Of a stretch of 19,352 nucleotides of DNA, positions 1 to 10,272 are shown in pieces (position 1 is the first letter of the stretch; each line of letters opens with the position of its first letter). The stretch lies in assembly GCA_030141605.1 (NCBI GenBank), contig JAQGDQ010000458.1:163920-183271 (forward strand), given 5' to 3'. The stretch comes from Tubiluchus corallicola. Taxonomy: Eukaryota; Animalia; Priapulida. The translations under genes and the position numbers were made by a program. The notes under the pieces are model-generated. The model ran no database searches and had not been told where the DNA came from. It saw nothing but the letters and a program-made list of their open reading frames with translations.

Positions 1-140
1 TGTTACTTTCTATTAAGTTGTTTCTATTGTGTTGTTTATATCGCTGTTTGTTTGTTTTTTCAATATCCAAATGATGTCATTATGTGCTGAAAATGGCTTC
101 ACCGGGGCCAGTAATTAGTCATTATCTTTCGTCTGTAAAG

Positions 141-240
141 GTCGTCGTAACGTTTGGAGTCGGTATGAAGATTGACTTGACAATAGCCGACGATTTCCGG
201 TACATAGGAGAGCCAATACTCATGGGAACAGTTGCTCTGG
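141..240 (+). CDS. Coding exon 1 in window (internal; gene starts upstream) of a multi-pass amino-acid-permease-like membrane protein: VVVTFGVGMKIDLTIADDFRYIGEPILMGTVAL(G)
   Basis: Acceptor ...tttcgtctgtaaag|140, donor G|gtaagc at 241. 100 nt ending in phase 1; joins exon 2 to read LMGTVALGGIINVMP. The AAG acceptor is the least certain boundary. Confidence 0.8.
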
Positions 241-302
241 GTAAGCTTCCTAGTAATAGCTGTACTTAATAGGTAAGCTTCCTAGTAATAGCTGTACTTA
301 AT
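241..302 (+). repeat. 32-bp tandem duplication that includes the exon-1 splice donor
   Basis: gtaagcttcctagtaatagctgtacttaat occurs at 241-270 and 273-302, separated by ag. Confidence 0.95.
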
Positions 303-441
303 TTACAATTTAGCTACAGCAAGTCTTCGCTTAGCAATTCCTCGTTTAGCGACGTTTGTTTTAACGACTCTGAACATTTGACAGGTTCACTTAAAGGACA
401 AGAAAAGGGGTACCTAAAGCAGATTTCAGAAAAATCGCCTT

Positions 442-1453
442 CAATCAATCAATCAATTCATTTCACTCCAGCAATACATATACAATAGATCAACATACAA
501 TATTATTGAAACAAAAAGAAACAGTATAGGTACAAAAACGTTGATGAAGTCAAATTAACCAAGTAAAAGAGTTGCTGTATGACACCTTGAAAGCTTGGCT
601 TGTTAGGGTGGCAGAAATTAGTGAATGAAAGAAAGAATGGTTAGGGTTAGTAGACATGATGGAATGGAAAAATAGTAAGATTAGGGATAGGAAGAAGGAA
701 GGGAGGGGAGGATGAGTGAATGAAAGAATGGTTAGGGTTAGTAGGCATGATGGAATGGAAAAAATAGTAAGATTAGGGATAGGAAGAAGGAAGGGAGGGG
801 AGGATGAGTGAATGAAAGAATGGTTAGGGTTAGAAGAAATGATGGAATGGAAAAAATAGTAAGATTAAGGATAGGAAGAAGGAAGGGAGGGGAGGATGAG
901 TGAATGAAAGAATGGTTAGGGTTAGTAGACATGATGGAATGGAAAAAATAGTAAGATTAAGGATAGGAAGAAGGAAGGGAGGGGAGGATGAGTGAATGAA
1001 AGAATGGTTAGGGTTAGTAGACATGATGGAATGGAAAAAATAGTAAGATTAAGGATAGGAAGGGAGGGGAGGATGAGTGAACGAAAGAATGGTTAGGGTT
1101 AGTAGACATGATGGAATGAAAAAAATAGTAAGATTAAGGATAGGAAGAAGGAAGGGAGGGGAGGATGAGTGAATGAAAGAATGGTTAGGGTTAGAAGAAA
1201 TGATGGAATTGAAAAAATAGTAAGATTAAGGATAGGAAGAAGGAAGGGAGGGGAGGATGAGTGAATGAAAGAATGGTTAGGGTTAGTAGACATGATGGAA
1301 TGGAAAAAATAGTAAGATTAAGGATAGGAAGAAGGAAGGGAGGGGAGGATGAGTGAATGAAAGAATGGTTAGGGTTAGAAGAAATGATGGAATTGAAAAA
1401 ATAGTAAGATTAGGGATAGGAAGAAGGAAAAGAGGAGAAGAAACGACCACAGT
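442..1453 (-). mobile_element. 5'-truncated non-LTR retrotransposon 3' end with (ATTG)n tail
   Basis: (CAAT)n at 442-457 is the tail on the minus strand. Flanking 12-bp direct repeat AAAAATCGCCTT (430-441) / AAAAATTGCCTT (1454-1465), one mismatch, fits a TSD. No ORF remains. Confidence 0.65.
620..1428. repeat. Purine-rich minisatellite, ~92-bp unit, ~9 copies, each with GGTTAGGGTTAG
   Basis: Unit gagtgaatgaaagaatggttagggttagtagacatgatggaatggaaaaaatagtaagattaaggataggaagaaggaagggaggggaggat repeated with few variants. Confidence 0.95.
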
Positions 1454-1907
1454 AAAAATTGCCTTAAAAATTTATATTACTTTATAGCGATTTTATGTGT
1501 ATATCTTACTCGCACTGAAAGGAATTTTAGTTTGTTTTCAATTTAAATCTCCCGCAATACTTTTCCGATGTCGCCATTACATGATGTCGTGCACCAAACG
1601 TAAATCAAGGGAAGAGAAAGCAATATTAAATTATGTCTCAAAAGACTTTCCGTGCAAATCTATATTACTTAGATTTTTGCTTACCTGCTGGAAAGACTTA
1701 TGTAACTAGAAATAATGATTTAAAATGTTTGTGCCTCACCCTCCAGGGTGCACCACTCACTAACCAAAAATCTTATCTCGCATGCAATAGTTTCACTCAC
1801 TATAGTCTCATATGCAGTAATCTAACATGCAGTTTACAATTAGAAATTCCTGATTTTTTTGTAATTAATTTGGTCTCAGCTGTAATTTTTGCATGTTTTT
1901 CTTGCAG

Positions 1908-2031
1908 GTGGGATCATCAATGTCATGCCAATGTTATATTCAAAGATTTCTTCCAATGCCGAGCAGATTCGCGGGTTTCGTCGATCTATTATTGCCGGGT
2001 TGACGACATGCATGTTGTTGAACGTCTTGTG
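1908..2031 (+). CDS. Coding exon 2: (G)GIINVMPMLYSKISSNAEQIRGFRRSIIAGLTTCMLLNVL(W)
   Basis: Acceptor tttttcttgcag|, donor TG|gtaaat. 124 nt, phase 1 to phase 2, open frame ending in a hydrophobic segment. Confidence 0.88.
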
Positions 2032-2151
2032 GTAAATTCTGCGTTGTCGTGTTTACTATTTATCTGTTTATACTACTAAAGGGAAGAAAGGGGATTTTAA
2101 AATTTATCCTAAAGAACTTTCCAGATAGTTAAAATTGTTAATGTTTTCATC

Positions 2152-2381
2152 GACCAGACGGTTTAGTCTAGTGGTAACGCGTCTGCTTTCCGTCTGGGCG
2201 GTCGTGAGTTCGAACCAGCAGCCGGGTCATACCAGAGACTTTAAAAATGGTACCTGCTGTTGCCCTGCCTGACGCGTGGTATTTAGGGTAAAAGTGGGAT
2301 AATACTAGCCTCTGTTATGTAGTTGTAGGCTGTTATTTACAGTCGGCAATAATAGTTCTTTGAGCTAATGTTAATTGTTGA

Positions 2382-2417
<36 letters not shown>
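2152..2417 (+). mobile_element. tRNA-derived SINE (possibly Meta-domain type) with (ATT)n tail
   Basis: A-box-like TAGTCTAGTGG (2164-2174) and B-box-like GAGTTCGAACC (2206-2216). Body ccgggtcataccagagactttaaaaatggtacc resembles, from memory, the conserved core of MetaSINE-type elements. (ATT)n at 2383-2417. Confidence 0.7.
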
Positions 2418-2496
2418 GTTATGCTTACCTTGCTATTTGCCTGTTCCAAACACATGTAATTAGAAAAGAAAATCCTTAATTTTCAGATGCTAGTTC

Positions 2497-3565
2497 GCCA
2501 TCCCAGTGTGCACTACTGGCTCACCATAAAACACATTGATTTTATTGACAATATAAAATACACTCATATCTCGGATTGCCGGACAAAAGCACGGAGGCAT
2601 CGGTCAGAATTTGCCGATTGTCCGTATTTACCGATATTAAGCTAATACAGTAGGCGCCGTATATTAGACTCACTGTAATGTAGAATCAATCGTCTAGTTG
2701 TCTCAAAAACGTTTAGTACGGGCCGCTCCTGAGTGAGCGGATTGGCCGTGTATTGATTCACGTAGTGCTTAAAATTACCGTCGTTACCTAAGAAGAAGAA
2801 GAAAACAAAATAAAGCATGAAAAATTAGGAACGGATACAAGAGACTCGGTACCTCTTGCTCAACAGACTCCATGTTAGTCTGGAAGCATCTGGATTCAGT
2901 AAAAGCATACAAGCAAACTGTTTTTCGTTACACTCATATCTCGCTAGTTATGAGCGGGGGACGTTGATCCGAATTTGTTGATTGTCTGTATTTATTGTCC
3001 GTATTTACCGATACTAAGCTAATACAGTAGGTGCCGTGCATGTAGAACCAATCGTGTAACTGTCTCAAAAACATCTAGTACGGGCTATGCAAAAGCAAAA
3101 GTATATAAGAACTGTCGGCAATTGACTCGCTAATGCGCATGATTGACTCTAAACCACTTACACACGCTCATTAAACCACTAAACACGCTGACATACAACC
3201 TAGACACGTCATTACACGCTGGTTGGTTACACTGAGATGTAAACAAAGTGACCGCCTGCCAACTAGCGGTCAGCTCACGAAACAATGGATAGTATCGGTA
3301 GTACACGGAACTTTTAACGGTCCACGTTTTGTCAGATTTTTCCGATATCCGCAAATGCGAGTCCCACCTAATGAATCTATGAGTGTAATTTAAACTCTTT
3401 CTCAGTCAGTTAAATGCCTGTGTGCTACAAGTGCTCTGATTATTTTTTCAAACTTTACACAATGTTTGTGCCTGACGGTCATTGCGGGAGTTTAAATTTT
3501 CAAATTTTATTCAAACATTGCTGCTAACGCAATCCCTGCGTGCAATAAGCATGTAAGTGATATAA
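2497..3565. mobile_element. Dispersed repeat (host of the 2561-3385 insertion) with one diverged monomer of the 142-bp satellite
   Basis: 2497-2560 aligns with 14301-14366 and 3388-3565 aligns with ~14367-14577 (gctctgattattttttcaaacttta; cctRacggtcatYgcggg; gcaataag..catgtaagtgatataa). Confidence 0.7.
2561..3385. mobile_element. Non-autonomous DNA transposon with CACTCATA...TATGAGTG ends, TA TSD and a duplicated left end
   Basis: TA|CACTCATA at 2559 and TATGAGTG|TA ending 3387. A second TA|CACTCATATCTCG left end at 2929, with ~150 bp similar to 2561-2720. The related copy at 14301 lacks the insert. Confidence 0.7.
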
Positions 3566-4020
3566 GTTTCAATTTTTTTAGGCTTTATTTGTGCCGACTC
3601 TTACTATTCGCTATTTACTGATAAACTATTTATGTCTGCTCATTTTACTTTTCGGCTCTGCCGTTTATCATTTATAAGCATCGTGTGTTCGTGTAAAGCT
3701 GAAAAATGTCTGAAAGATAGTTTATGCCTGTTGCCCTATCGTAAATACTCACTGTTGCTACGATAGGTAACAAAATTTTGAATACTTTGTAATGGCAAAG
3801 TTGCAGGGGTAAGCGAAAACATCAACAGACAATGTCTGATGATCTAGTCTAGTCTTAATTTGATTTCGTTCGATTTCACCACACCAGCAAACCTTCACAT
3901 TTGCCTAATTGCTGTTTATTATACGTTTGGCTTCAACAAAGTATACTTATGTATCATATGCGCCATTTGTTACTAACGTTAAAGTTAACCAAGTTCAATT
4001 AACCAATTTTATGTTGATAG

Positions 4021-4161
4021 GTGCTGGGCGGTGCTTAATATTGTTCCTCAGACTAAAGAGTGCAATAACACGTTGCTACGGACAACGCAGCATCTTTTGC
4101 AGAATTCCTCTCATCTGTCAACGGAAACGCCGGCATGTAAAAATGAGCTATCTCTAGAACT
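4021..4161 (+). CDS. Coding exon 3: (W)CWAVLNIVPQTKECNNTLLRTTQHLLQNSSHLSTETPACKNELSLE(L)
   Basis: Acceptor ttttatgttgatag|, donor CT|gtgagt. 141 nt, phase 2 to 2. Completes a TM helix, then a loop with two Cys and two N-x-S/T sequons. Confidence 0.88.
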
Positions 4162-4379
4162 GTGAGTGTGCTAGACCATTAACATATGCATGCTAAACAA
4201 GAACTAGTTCATTAAAGTGCTAACATGTTTCAAGTGCTTTCAGTGGCTCTAGATCAAATACTGAAATGTGCTTGATTTACTAATTTACTAAAGCAGTCAG
4301 TCAGTCATTCAGTCAGTCTGTCATTTGTTTTTTTAATCTGAATCTCTTCTCAAAACTCCCTCACACAAAAGTGTCCAAC

Positions 4380-4747
4380 TGTTGTGGAGATCGCTGGCAT
4401 CTATTAGAATTACATAGAACATTGTAGAATGTTCCGTTAGAATAATCGTCTTACCTTGTAGAATGTTCTGGAACAAAACTTCTGGAAGCTTCTCGGGCAC
4501 CCTATATAAGGCGAAGCAGGCCGCTGAGACAGACATGCTGATTCACACGGACGCCACTTACACATTCTCTTGTATACTTACATTTTCAGATACACTCAAA
4601 CGTTTTCCAGATTTTCACGTTTACTGTAATCATTTCGCGTTCCTTCTTACTTTTGTGTTGTAGAATTCTCGCTTAATAAACTAGTTTAATTTGATGAAGT
4701 GTTTCTAGTTTTCTCTATGATCCTTCCGAGAGAAACAAAACACAACA
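4380..4747 (+). mobile_element. Solo LTR, 368 bp
   Basis: TGTTGTG...CACAACA inverted ends, perfect 5-bp TSD CCAAC (4375-4379 / 4748-4752), TATA-like CCTATATAAG near 4502, AATAAA near 4675. Confidence 0.9.
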
Positions 4748-4990
4748 CCAACGCTCCATCAAATCACGATGATCTCTTCTAGGTCTTAGTAACAAACGGC
4801 TACGGTCCTGAAGGCCTTCGTGGTGGCAGAAACATTTTGAGCATTGTGCATGTTGTTAAGTGATCTGTGTGAGATTGTGGAAGAAACAGATCTCTGTAGA
4901 AACGTAATGTGGAGGTGATTTGGATAATGTGGTCATATTATGAGCGTTATTCCATCGTATTAAAGTCTTTGTGGAAACAAGTAACATCAT

Positions 4991-5260
4991 AGATTTTAGA
5001 TTTAATATTTTATTTCAAACTTCACAAAGTTCATATACACATCACAAATTAATACAAATAATACAATAAATCATGACACACAACAATAACACAAATAACA
5101 ATTAACGATATAACAAACTACGCCAATGACATCTAATTACAGAAGTAAAGTTTGCATCACTGTTTAAAATGTTCTTGCATATAAAATTTTCACCTTTATT
5201 CAGCCTGACGTATAAACTGTATGCACATTTTCTGTGAATCATACTTGCATCACACTGTAA
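4991..5260 (-). mobile_element. 3' end of a LINE, RTE-X-like
   Basis: Minus strand 5242-5102 reads MIHRKCAYSLYVRLNKGENFICKNILNSDANFTSVIRCHWRSLLYR*, resembling RTE-X ORF2 C-termini (recalled, not searched). It is followed by a T-rich UTR, AATAAA and an AATCT-type tail. Confidence 0.55.
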
Positions 5261-5338
5261 TTTCTGTCTTGTGTTTTTCGTGCCTGCGTTACGTTCATAA
5301 GAATTGTAGTACAGCCTTGTGGAAGCTAGTGCAGCGTG

Positions 5339-5866
5339 GAAGAAGCCAGAGACAGCAGTGTAGAAGCCAATGACGTTGTCAAAGAAGCCAGTGATGTTCT
5401 GGAAGAGGCCAGTGTCATTGGAGAAGAAGCCAGTGATGACAAAGAAGAAGCTATTGGCGTTGTGGAAGAAGCCAGTGACAGCAGGTTAGCAGCCAGTGAA
5501 GTAGGGAAGAAGCAAGTGACAGCAAAGAATAAGCCAGTGAAATGGAGAAGCCAGTGACGGCAGGTTAGAAGCCATTGAAGTGGGGAAGAAGCCAGTGACA
5601 GCAAGGAATAAACCAGTAAAGTGGAGAAGCCAGTGACAGTGGGGTAGAAGCCAGTGACAACAGGGAAGAAGCCAATGAAGTGGGGAAGAAGCCAGGGACA
5701 GCAAGGAATAAACCAGTGAAGTGGGGAAGAAGTCAGTGACAACAGTGCAGAAGCCAGTAAAGTGGAGAAGAAGCCAGTGATGGCAACAAAGAAGCCAGTG
5801 AAGTGGGGAAGAAGCCAGTGACAGTAAGGAAGAAGCCTGTGACATCGGGATAGAAGCCAGTGACAT
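5339..5866. repeat. Degenerate 20-21-bp tandem repeat, core GAAGAAGCCAGTGA
   Basis: About 25 recurrences of the gaagccagtga core; the first seven units are exact 21-mers. Confidence 0.85.
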
Positions 5867-6119
5867 CGTTGGGAGATTTCTTATTTCGCACGGTTGCAGG
5901 CGGGCCTTCATAGTCATCGTCCGGTGTGGCAAGAGCTTTAACGCTCTAGATAATGAAGTTATTTACAAATTTAAAGTAATATGAATCCTCAGTTTTTATG
6001 CTACATAACCACAGCAAACTGGACCCCTACTAGTGCTTTTACATAGTAATATTGGTAAAAGTGTATGTAAGTGATAGTTTTGCATCCTACTCTTTCTATC
6101 ATTTAATATTATTTTGCAG

Positions 6120-6162
6120 GTCTTACGATAATGGTGAGATATCAACCATTCCACTTTCAGAA
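6120..6162 (+). CDS. Coding exon 4: (L)SYDNGEISTIPLSE
   Basis: Acceptor attttgcag|, donor GAA|gtgagt. 43 nt, phase 2 to 0, fits both neighbours. Confidence 0.85.
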
Positions 6163-6263
6163 GTGAGTATGTGTATATTGAATCATAAAAGATTACGTAT
6201 ATCTAAAAATATCTATCCTGAAATAGTAGCAACGAAACCTCCTATTTGATAGTCAGTTTTGTT

Positions 6264-6583
6264 GACAGCAGGAACCCCCCCTCTCTTCCTCCGTGGTGTA
6301 GTCCAAAGTAAAGCGGAGCGATACGTTTGGCAGCAGGTTGGCTGCAGGAGCTGCCGGAGTCAGTGAGCATGCTGCACTGGTCCGCCTTTGGGGCTCCACT
6401 CCTGATTTGGAAGGTTTACTCCTCTACACATAGCCGTTGGGTCACTTGACCTCCTCCACCCTCTAGCCATTGGCTGCTTATGCAGCTCCTCCGCCAAGTG
6501 TCGAGATACAGTGTGGGCATCCCGCAAGCCTACAGCACCTGGTATTCCTAGGCGGTCACCCATCCAAGTACTAACGAGGCTCT
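6264..6583 (-). mobile_element. Truncated copy of the 5S/RTE SINE (3' half of 5S head plus body)
   Basis: Reverse complement aligns with ~10216-10527, including GTTAGTACTTGGATGGGTGACCGCCTAGGAATACCAGGTGCTGTAGGC. Confidence 0.9.
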
Positions 6584-7009
6584 AGCCAAATTATAAATTC
6601 ATGATATGATGCACAACTGTGCCAAATTTGAGCCCGTGTTGCCTTCAAATCTCAATATTAGTTTTGCTGCTTGGGCTCAATTTCATGTGTGATTTCTTAA
6701 AGCATTGTCTAGACTAATGAAACTTTTATTAAACTTTTATCCGTGAATTCGTCAAATGATTTCGTGATTTTATAACTGTGGTCACTTACAACTCGTACCA
6801 GTCGAGTCCAAGTCTGACCTTAGGTCTGTCCTCTTACTACCGATTCCTTGGCTTGCCACAGACGAAGATTTTTGCTAAACAATGATTTCTATGGCAAGAA
6901 GTTATATGTGGCCTGCAGATATTATTCTATTGTATAATTAGCTATGGTTCTTCGCATGATAAATCATTGTAATGATACGTACACATTTAGAACAAATTAA
7001 TTGCATATA

Positions 7010-7508
7010 CAGTCAACCTCGGATATAAGGTACTCGCTTATGAGGGACATTCGCTTATAAGGGACCACCAACACCAGTCCCGATATTTCGTAACGTTTTT
7101 CCTTATAACAATCTCCATATATAAGGTACTCGGATATAAGGGATTTTCGGTTATAAGGGACGATATTTTCAGGTCCCATGTAATAGAAACCCAGGTAAAT
7201 TACCTTGCTTATAAGGGACCCTTTGATCAAAGCGAAATTGATCGATTTTTAACCTCAATTTTTTGCAAACTCGGCTTTCGAACAGCTCGGTTACCGCGGT
7301 TACACACATCTCGCATCACTGAAGGAACTTCCTACATGCCGTTTGCATTGAATGTGTAACAATAATCCATAAAAACATGGGTTAAAGTACAGAAAAGTAC
7401 AGGTCTAGATACACCCTCGGTCTGACTCAACTTTGTCTATAAGGGACATCGAATATAAGCGACGATTTTTTCCGGTCCGGAGGTGTCCTTTATATCCTAG
7501 TTGGCCTG
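7010..7508. mobile_element. pogo/Tigger-like MITE (Tc1-mariner superfamily)
   Basis: TA|CAGTCAACCTCGGATATAAG left end, imperfect right end CTTTATATCCTAGTTGGCCTG|ca, many subterminal (T)TATAAGGGAC motifs. Confidence 0.75.
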
Positions 7509-7701
7509 CACATCGTACACCAGTGCCTTGTATGCCCTGCTGAGTGTAGCATTGTAAATAAAACAAAAATATTCAACTTTTTGTCACTTAAAATACCTGT
7601 TGTTTTAAATGATTGTTTTGAATCTGCACTTTCTGTACGATAGCTACTGTCAGCTATTACATTCCTATTTGTTTTTCCATTAATAAAACTGTTTTTTGCA
7701 G

Positions 7702-7816
7702 ATAATACAGAAGAGTTATCCAGAATACAACTGGGTTGCTATGCTAGTTCAAGTTTTTATCATGATCAGCATCACCGTGTCGTATTTGACTATTGGTGCT
7801 GCAATGCATCATACAG
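7702..7816 (+). CDS. Coding exon 5: IIQKSYPEYNWVAMLVQVFIMISITVSYLTIGAAMHHT(V)
   Basis: Acceptor gttttttgcag|, donor CAG|gtaaga. 115 nt, phase 0 to 1, contains a TM helix. Confidence 0.9.
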
Positions 7817-7859
7817 GTAAGATTTGTTTTTATTTTATTTACCCGTTTTCTTTTTCTTC

Positions 7860-8719
7860 TTCTTCACTTTATTTTTGTTTTCTTGATCTGAAATGTTCAG
7901 TGCATTATTTGTTGTATTTTATCATGTGCCACATATTTTTAATATGCTTTGTATTTTATGTTAAGTTATGTTATGTTATGTTATGTTATGTTATGTTATG
8001 TTATGTTATGTTATGTTATGTCATGTCATATTATGTTTACGTATTTTTGTTATGCTTTGTATTCTATGTTATGTTATGTTATATATGTTATGTTATGTTA
8101 TGTTATGTCATGTCATATTATGCTTTGTATTTTATGTTATGTTGTGTATGTTATGTTATGTTATGTTATGTTATGTTATGTTATGTTATGTTATGTTATG
8201 TTATGTTATGTTAACGTATTTTTGTTATGCTTTGTATTTTATGTTAAGTTATGTTATGTATGTTATGTTAACATATTTTTGTTATGCTTTGTATTTTATG
8301 TTATGTTGTGTATGTTATGTTATGTTATGTTATGTTATGTTATGTTATGTTATGTTATGTTATGTTAACGTATTTTTGTTATGCTTTGTATTTTATGTTA
8401 AGTTATGCTATGTATGTTATGTATGTTATGTTATGTTATGTTATGTTATGTCATGTCATGTCATATTATGTTAACGTATTTTTGTTATGCTTTATATTTT
8501 ATGTTATATATGTTATGTTATGTTAACATATTTTTGTTATGCTTTGTATTTTATGTTATGTTGTGTATGTTATGTTATGTTATGTTATGTTATGTTATGT
8601 TATGTTATGTTATGTTATGTTATGTTATGTTATGTTATGTTATGTATGTTATGTATTTTATGTTTTATTGTATGTTATGTTGTATTTTATCATGTGACAC
8701 ATATTTTTGTTATGCTTTG
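7860..8719. repeat. Compound (TTATG)n array with a ~100-bp non-repetitive leader
   Basis: TTATG runs are punctuated by TTAACRTATTTTTGTTATGCTTTGTATTTTATG. The leader is shared with 17857-17965. Confidence 0.95.
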
Positions 8720-8780
8720 GCAGTTTTCAAAGTTGAGACGTACATTATGCGTACGATGTACAAAAGCATCTGGCGTGCAG

Positions 8781-8870
8781 CAGGGCCGTCACCGAAACTG
8801 AAATTACAGACCGAAACCAGAACCTGAATTTATGAAACACTGAAAAACCGATACCGAAACCGAACCGAAA
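8781..8870. mobile_element. Possible hAT-like terminal fragment
   Basis: CAGGGCCGTCACCG followed by clustered AAACCG/ACCGAA motifs; no matching other end seen. Confidence 0.3.
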
Positions 8871-9115
8871 TCATTTTTGCAGTATCAACTACTGTCAAAA
8901 CAGAAAGAAACTCTGAGATACTTTGTTTTTGCTCGTTTGCTTTTGTTTGCTCTGATACGAACTTGATGAAGTAACTAGTACTATTTTGTGGACTGGCAGT
9001 TTTGCGTAGAAGTTTGCTTCTTCATCAAGCATGAACTGACTGTTATAAACACTTTCTGTCTTGGTGCTGGTACTTGTGAACACAACGGCATTTATGTAAA
9101 AATAATTTCTTCTAG

Positions 9116-9221
9116 TGACAGGCTGGTTGGATTCCGTCTGGGTCCAGGATCTGCAGGAACGCCTGGCCGTTTACGGGAACAAGGTGCCAAATAGCAAATG
9201 TGGATTTTTGAACCGGAAGTG
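9116..9221 (+). CDS. Coding exon 6: (V)TGWLDSVWVQDLQERLAVYGNKVPNSKCGFLNRK(W)
   Basis: Acceptor tttcttctag|, donor TG|gtaagt. 106 nt, phase 1 to 2, GC-richer than flanks. Confidence 0.87.
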
Positions 9222-9464
9222 GTAAGTTGGTTGTTTACTATTGTGATGAGTCATTAGTAATTTCGCAGTTAAAACTTTGAAGCCTGGATTTTTGGATTTT
9301 GGTTTTTTCTAACCTAAGACTATTTTGCTATTATGCTGTTTTGCCTAAAAGATCAGTTTTTGTTAGAATAAATAAACTAAACTCTTACTATTTCGGGTGC
9401 TTGTACCACACTCAAATTGCTGCATTCCGATCATGATTTCAAATGTGGCTTTTTTATTATGAGC

Positions 9465-9823
9465 TGTTGTGGAGATCGCTGGCATCTATTAGAATTAAAT
9501 AGAACATTGTAGAATGTTCCGTTAGAATAATCGTCTTACCGTGTAGAATGTTCTGGAACAAAACTTCTAGAAGCTTCTCGGGCACCCTATATAAGGCTGA
9601 GACGGACACACGCAGATTTACACGGACGCCACTTACACATTCTCTTGTATACTTGTATTTTTAGATACACTCAAACGTTTTCCAGCTTTTCACGTTTACT
9701 GTAATCATTTCGCGTTCCTTCATACTTTTGTGTTGTAGAATTCTCGCTTAATAAACTAGTTTAATTTGACGACGTGTTTTCTGGTTTTCTCTACGAGCCT
9801 TCCGAGAGAAACAAAACACAACA
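9465..9823 (+). mobile_element. Solo LTR, 359 bp, same family as 4380-4747
   Basis: TGTTGTG...CACAACA ends, 5-bp TSD TGAGC/TGACC (one mismatch), end-to-end similarity to the first copy. Confidence 0.9.
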
Positions 9824-10042
9824 TGACCGACACCAGAGTCCTCTATCGGATTAGTTTGTAAACTGTGGTGCTGTGGAAAAGCATTTTAACTATGAGAATG
9901 CATAGCAGTCAGCTGAAATTATATGGCAAAGTATATACCAGATAAAATTTTTACTGGAAATGACTTTTTTATGCGTGATGTTATTGTTGCTAAACCTATT
10001 TGCTTTAAGTGATTTTACATTCGCAAATTATTTTCGTTGTAG

Positions 10043-10112
10043 GTGTTGTGGTATTGCCTTATCTGTCATCGGCTTCTCAATTGTGTTCGGTGTTGCAATG
10101 ATAGATCCTAAG
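10043..10112 (+). CDS. Coding exon 7: (W)CCGIALSVIGFSIVFGVAMIDPK
   Basis: Acceptor ttttcgttgtag|, donor AAG|gtaagt. 70 nt, phase 2 to 0, TM helix. Confidence 0.9.
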
Positions 10113-10153
10113 GTAAGTCTGGGATTACGTACATGTCGTACATTCCGTACATT

Positions 10154-10272
10154 TACTACGGCCAAATCACGTTGAAAACACCGGTTCTCGTCTGATCACC
10201 GAAGTTAAGCAACGCAGAGCCGGGTTAGTACTTGGATGGGTGACCGCCTAGGGATACCAGGTGCTGTAGGCA
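10154..10272 (+). pseudogene. 5S rRNA-like sequence forming the SINE head; not a canonical 5S gene
   Basis: CTACGGCCAAATCACGTTGAAAACACCGGTTCTCGTCTGATCACCGAAGTTAAGCAAC...GTTAGTACTTGGATGGGTGACCGCC...GTGCTGTAGGC. Internal promoter boxes are retained, the first bases are altered, and no TTTT follows. Confidence 0.85.

Noticed and set aside
738-1293. Three near-identical 64-aa hydrophobic ORFs
   Set aside because: They are artefacts of the 92-bp minisatellite.
620-1428. Interstitial telomere or chromosome fusion site
   Set aside because: Under two TTAGGG units per 92-bp monomer and no pure (TTAGGG)n run.
2152-2226. tRNA gene
   Set aside because: A and B boxes are present, but there is no good cloverleaf and it continues into a SINE-type body and tail.
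7949-8827. MLCYV-repeat ORFs here and at 17737-19343; CRISPR-like repeat/spacer look
   Set aside because: These are translations of (TTATG)n. The apparent spacers are microsatellite, the context is eukaryotic and no cas genes are present.
4380-9823. A single 5.4-kb LTR retrotransposon that captured host exons
   Set aside because: Each LTR has its own TSD (CCAAC; TGAGC/TGACC), no PBS, PPT or gag/pol is evident, and the interior is ordinary host exons and introns.
10154-10272. Functional 5S rRNA gene
   Set aside because: No oligo-T terminator, altered 5' end, not in a tandem array, and fused to the same body in two dispersed copies.
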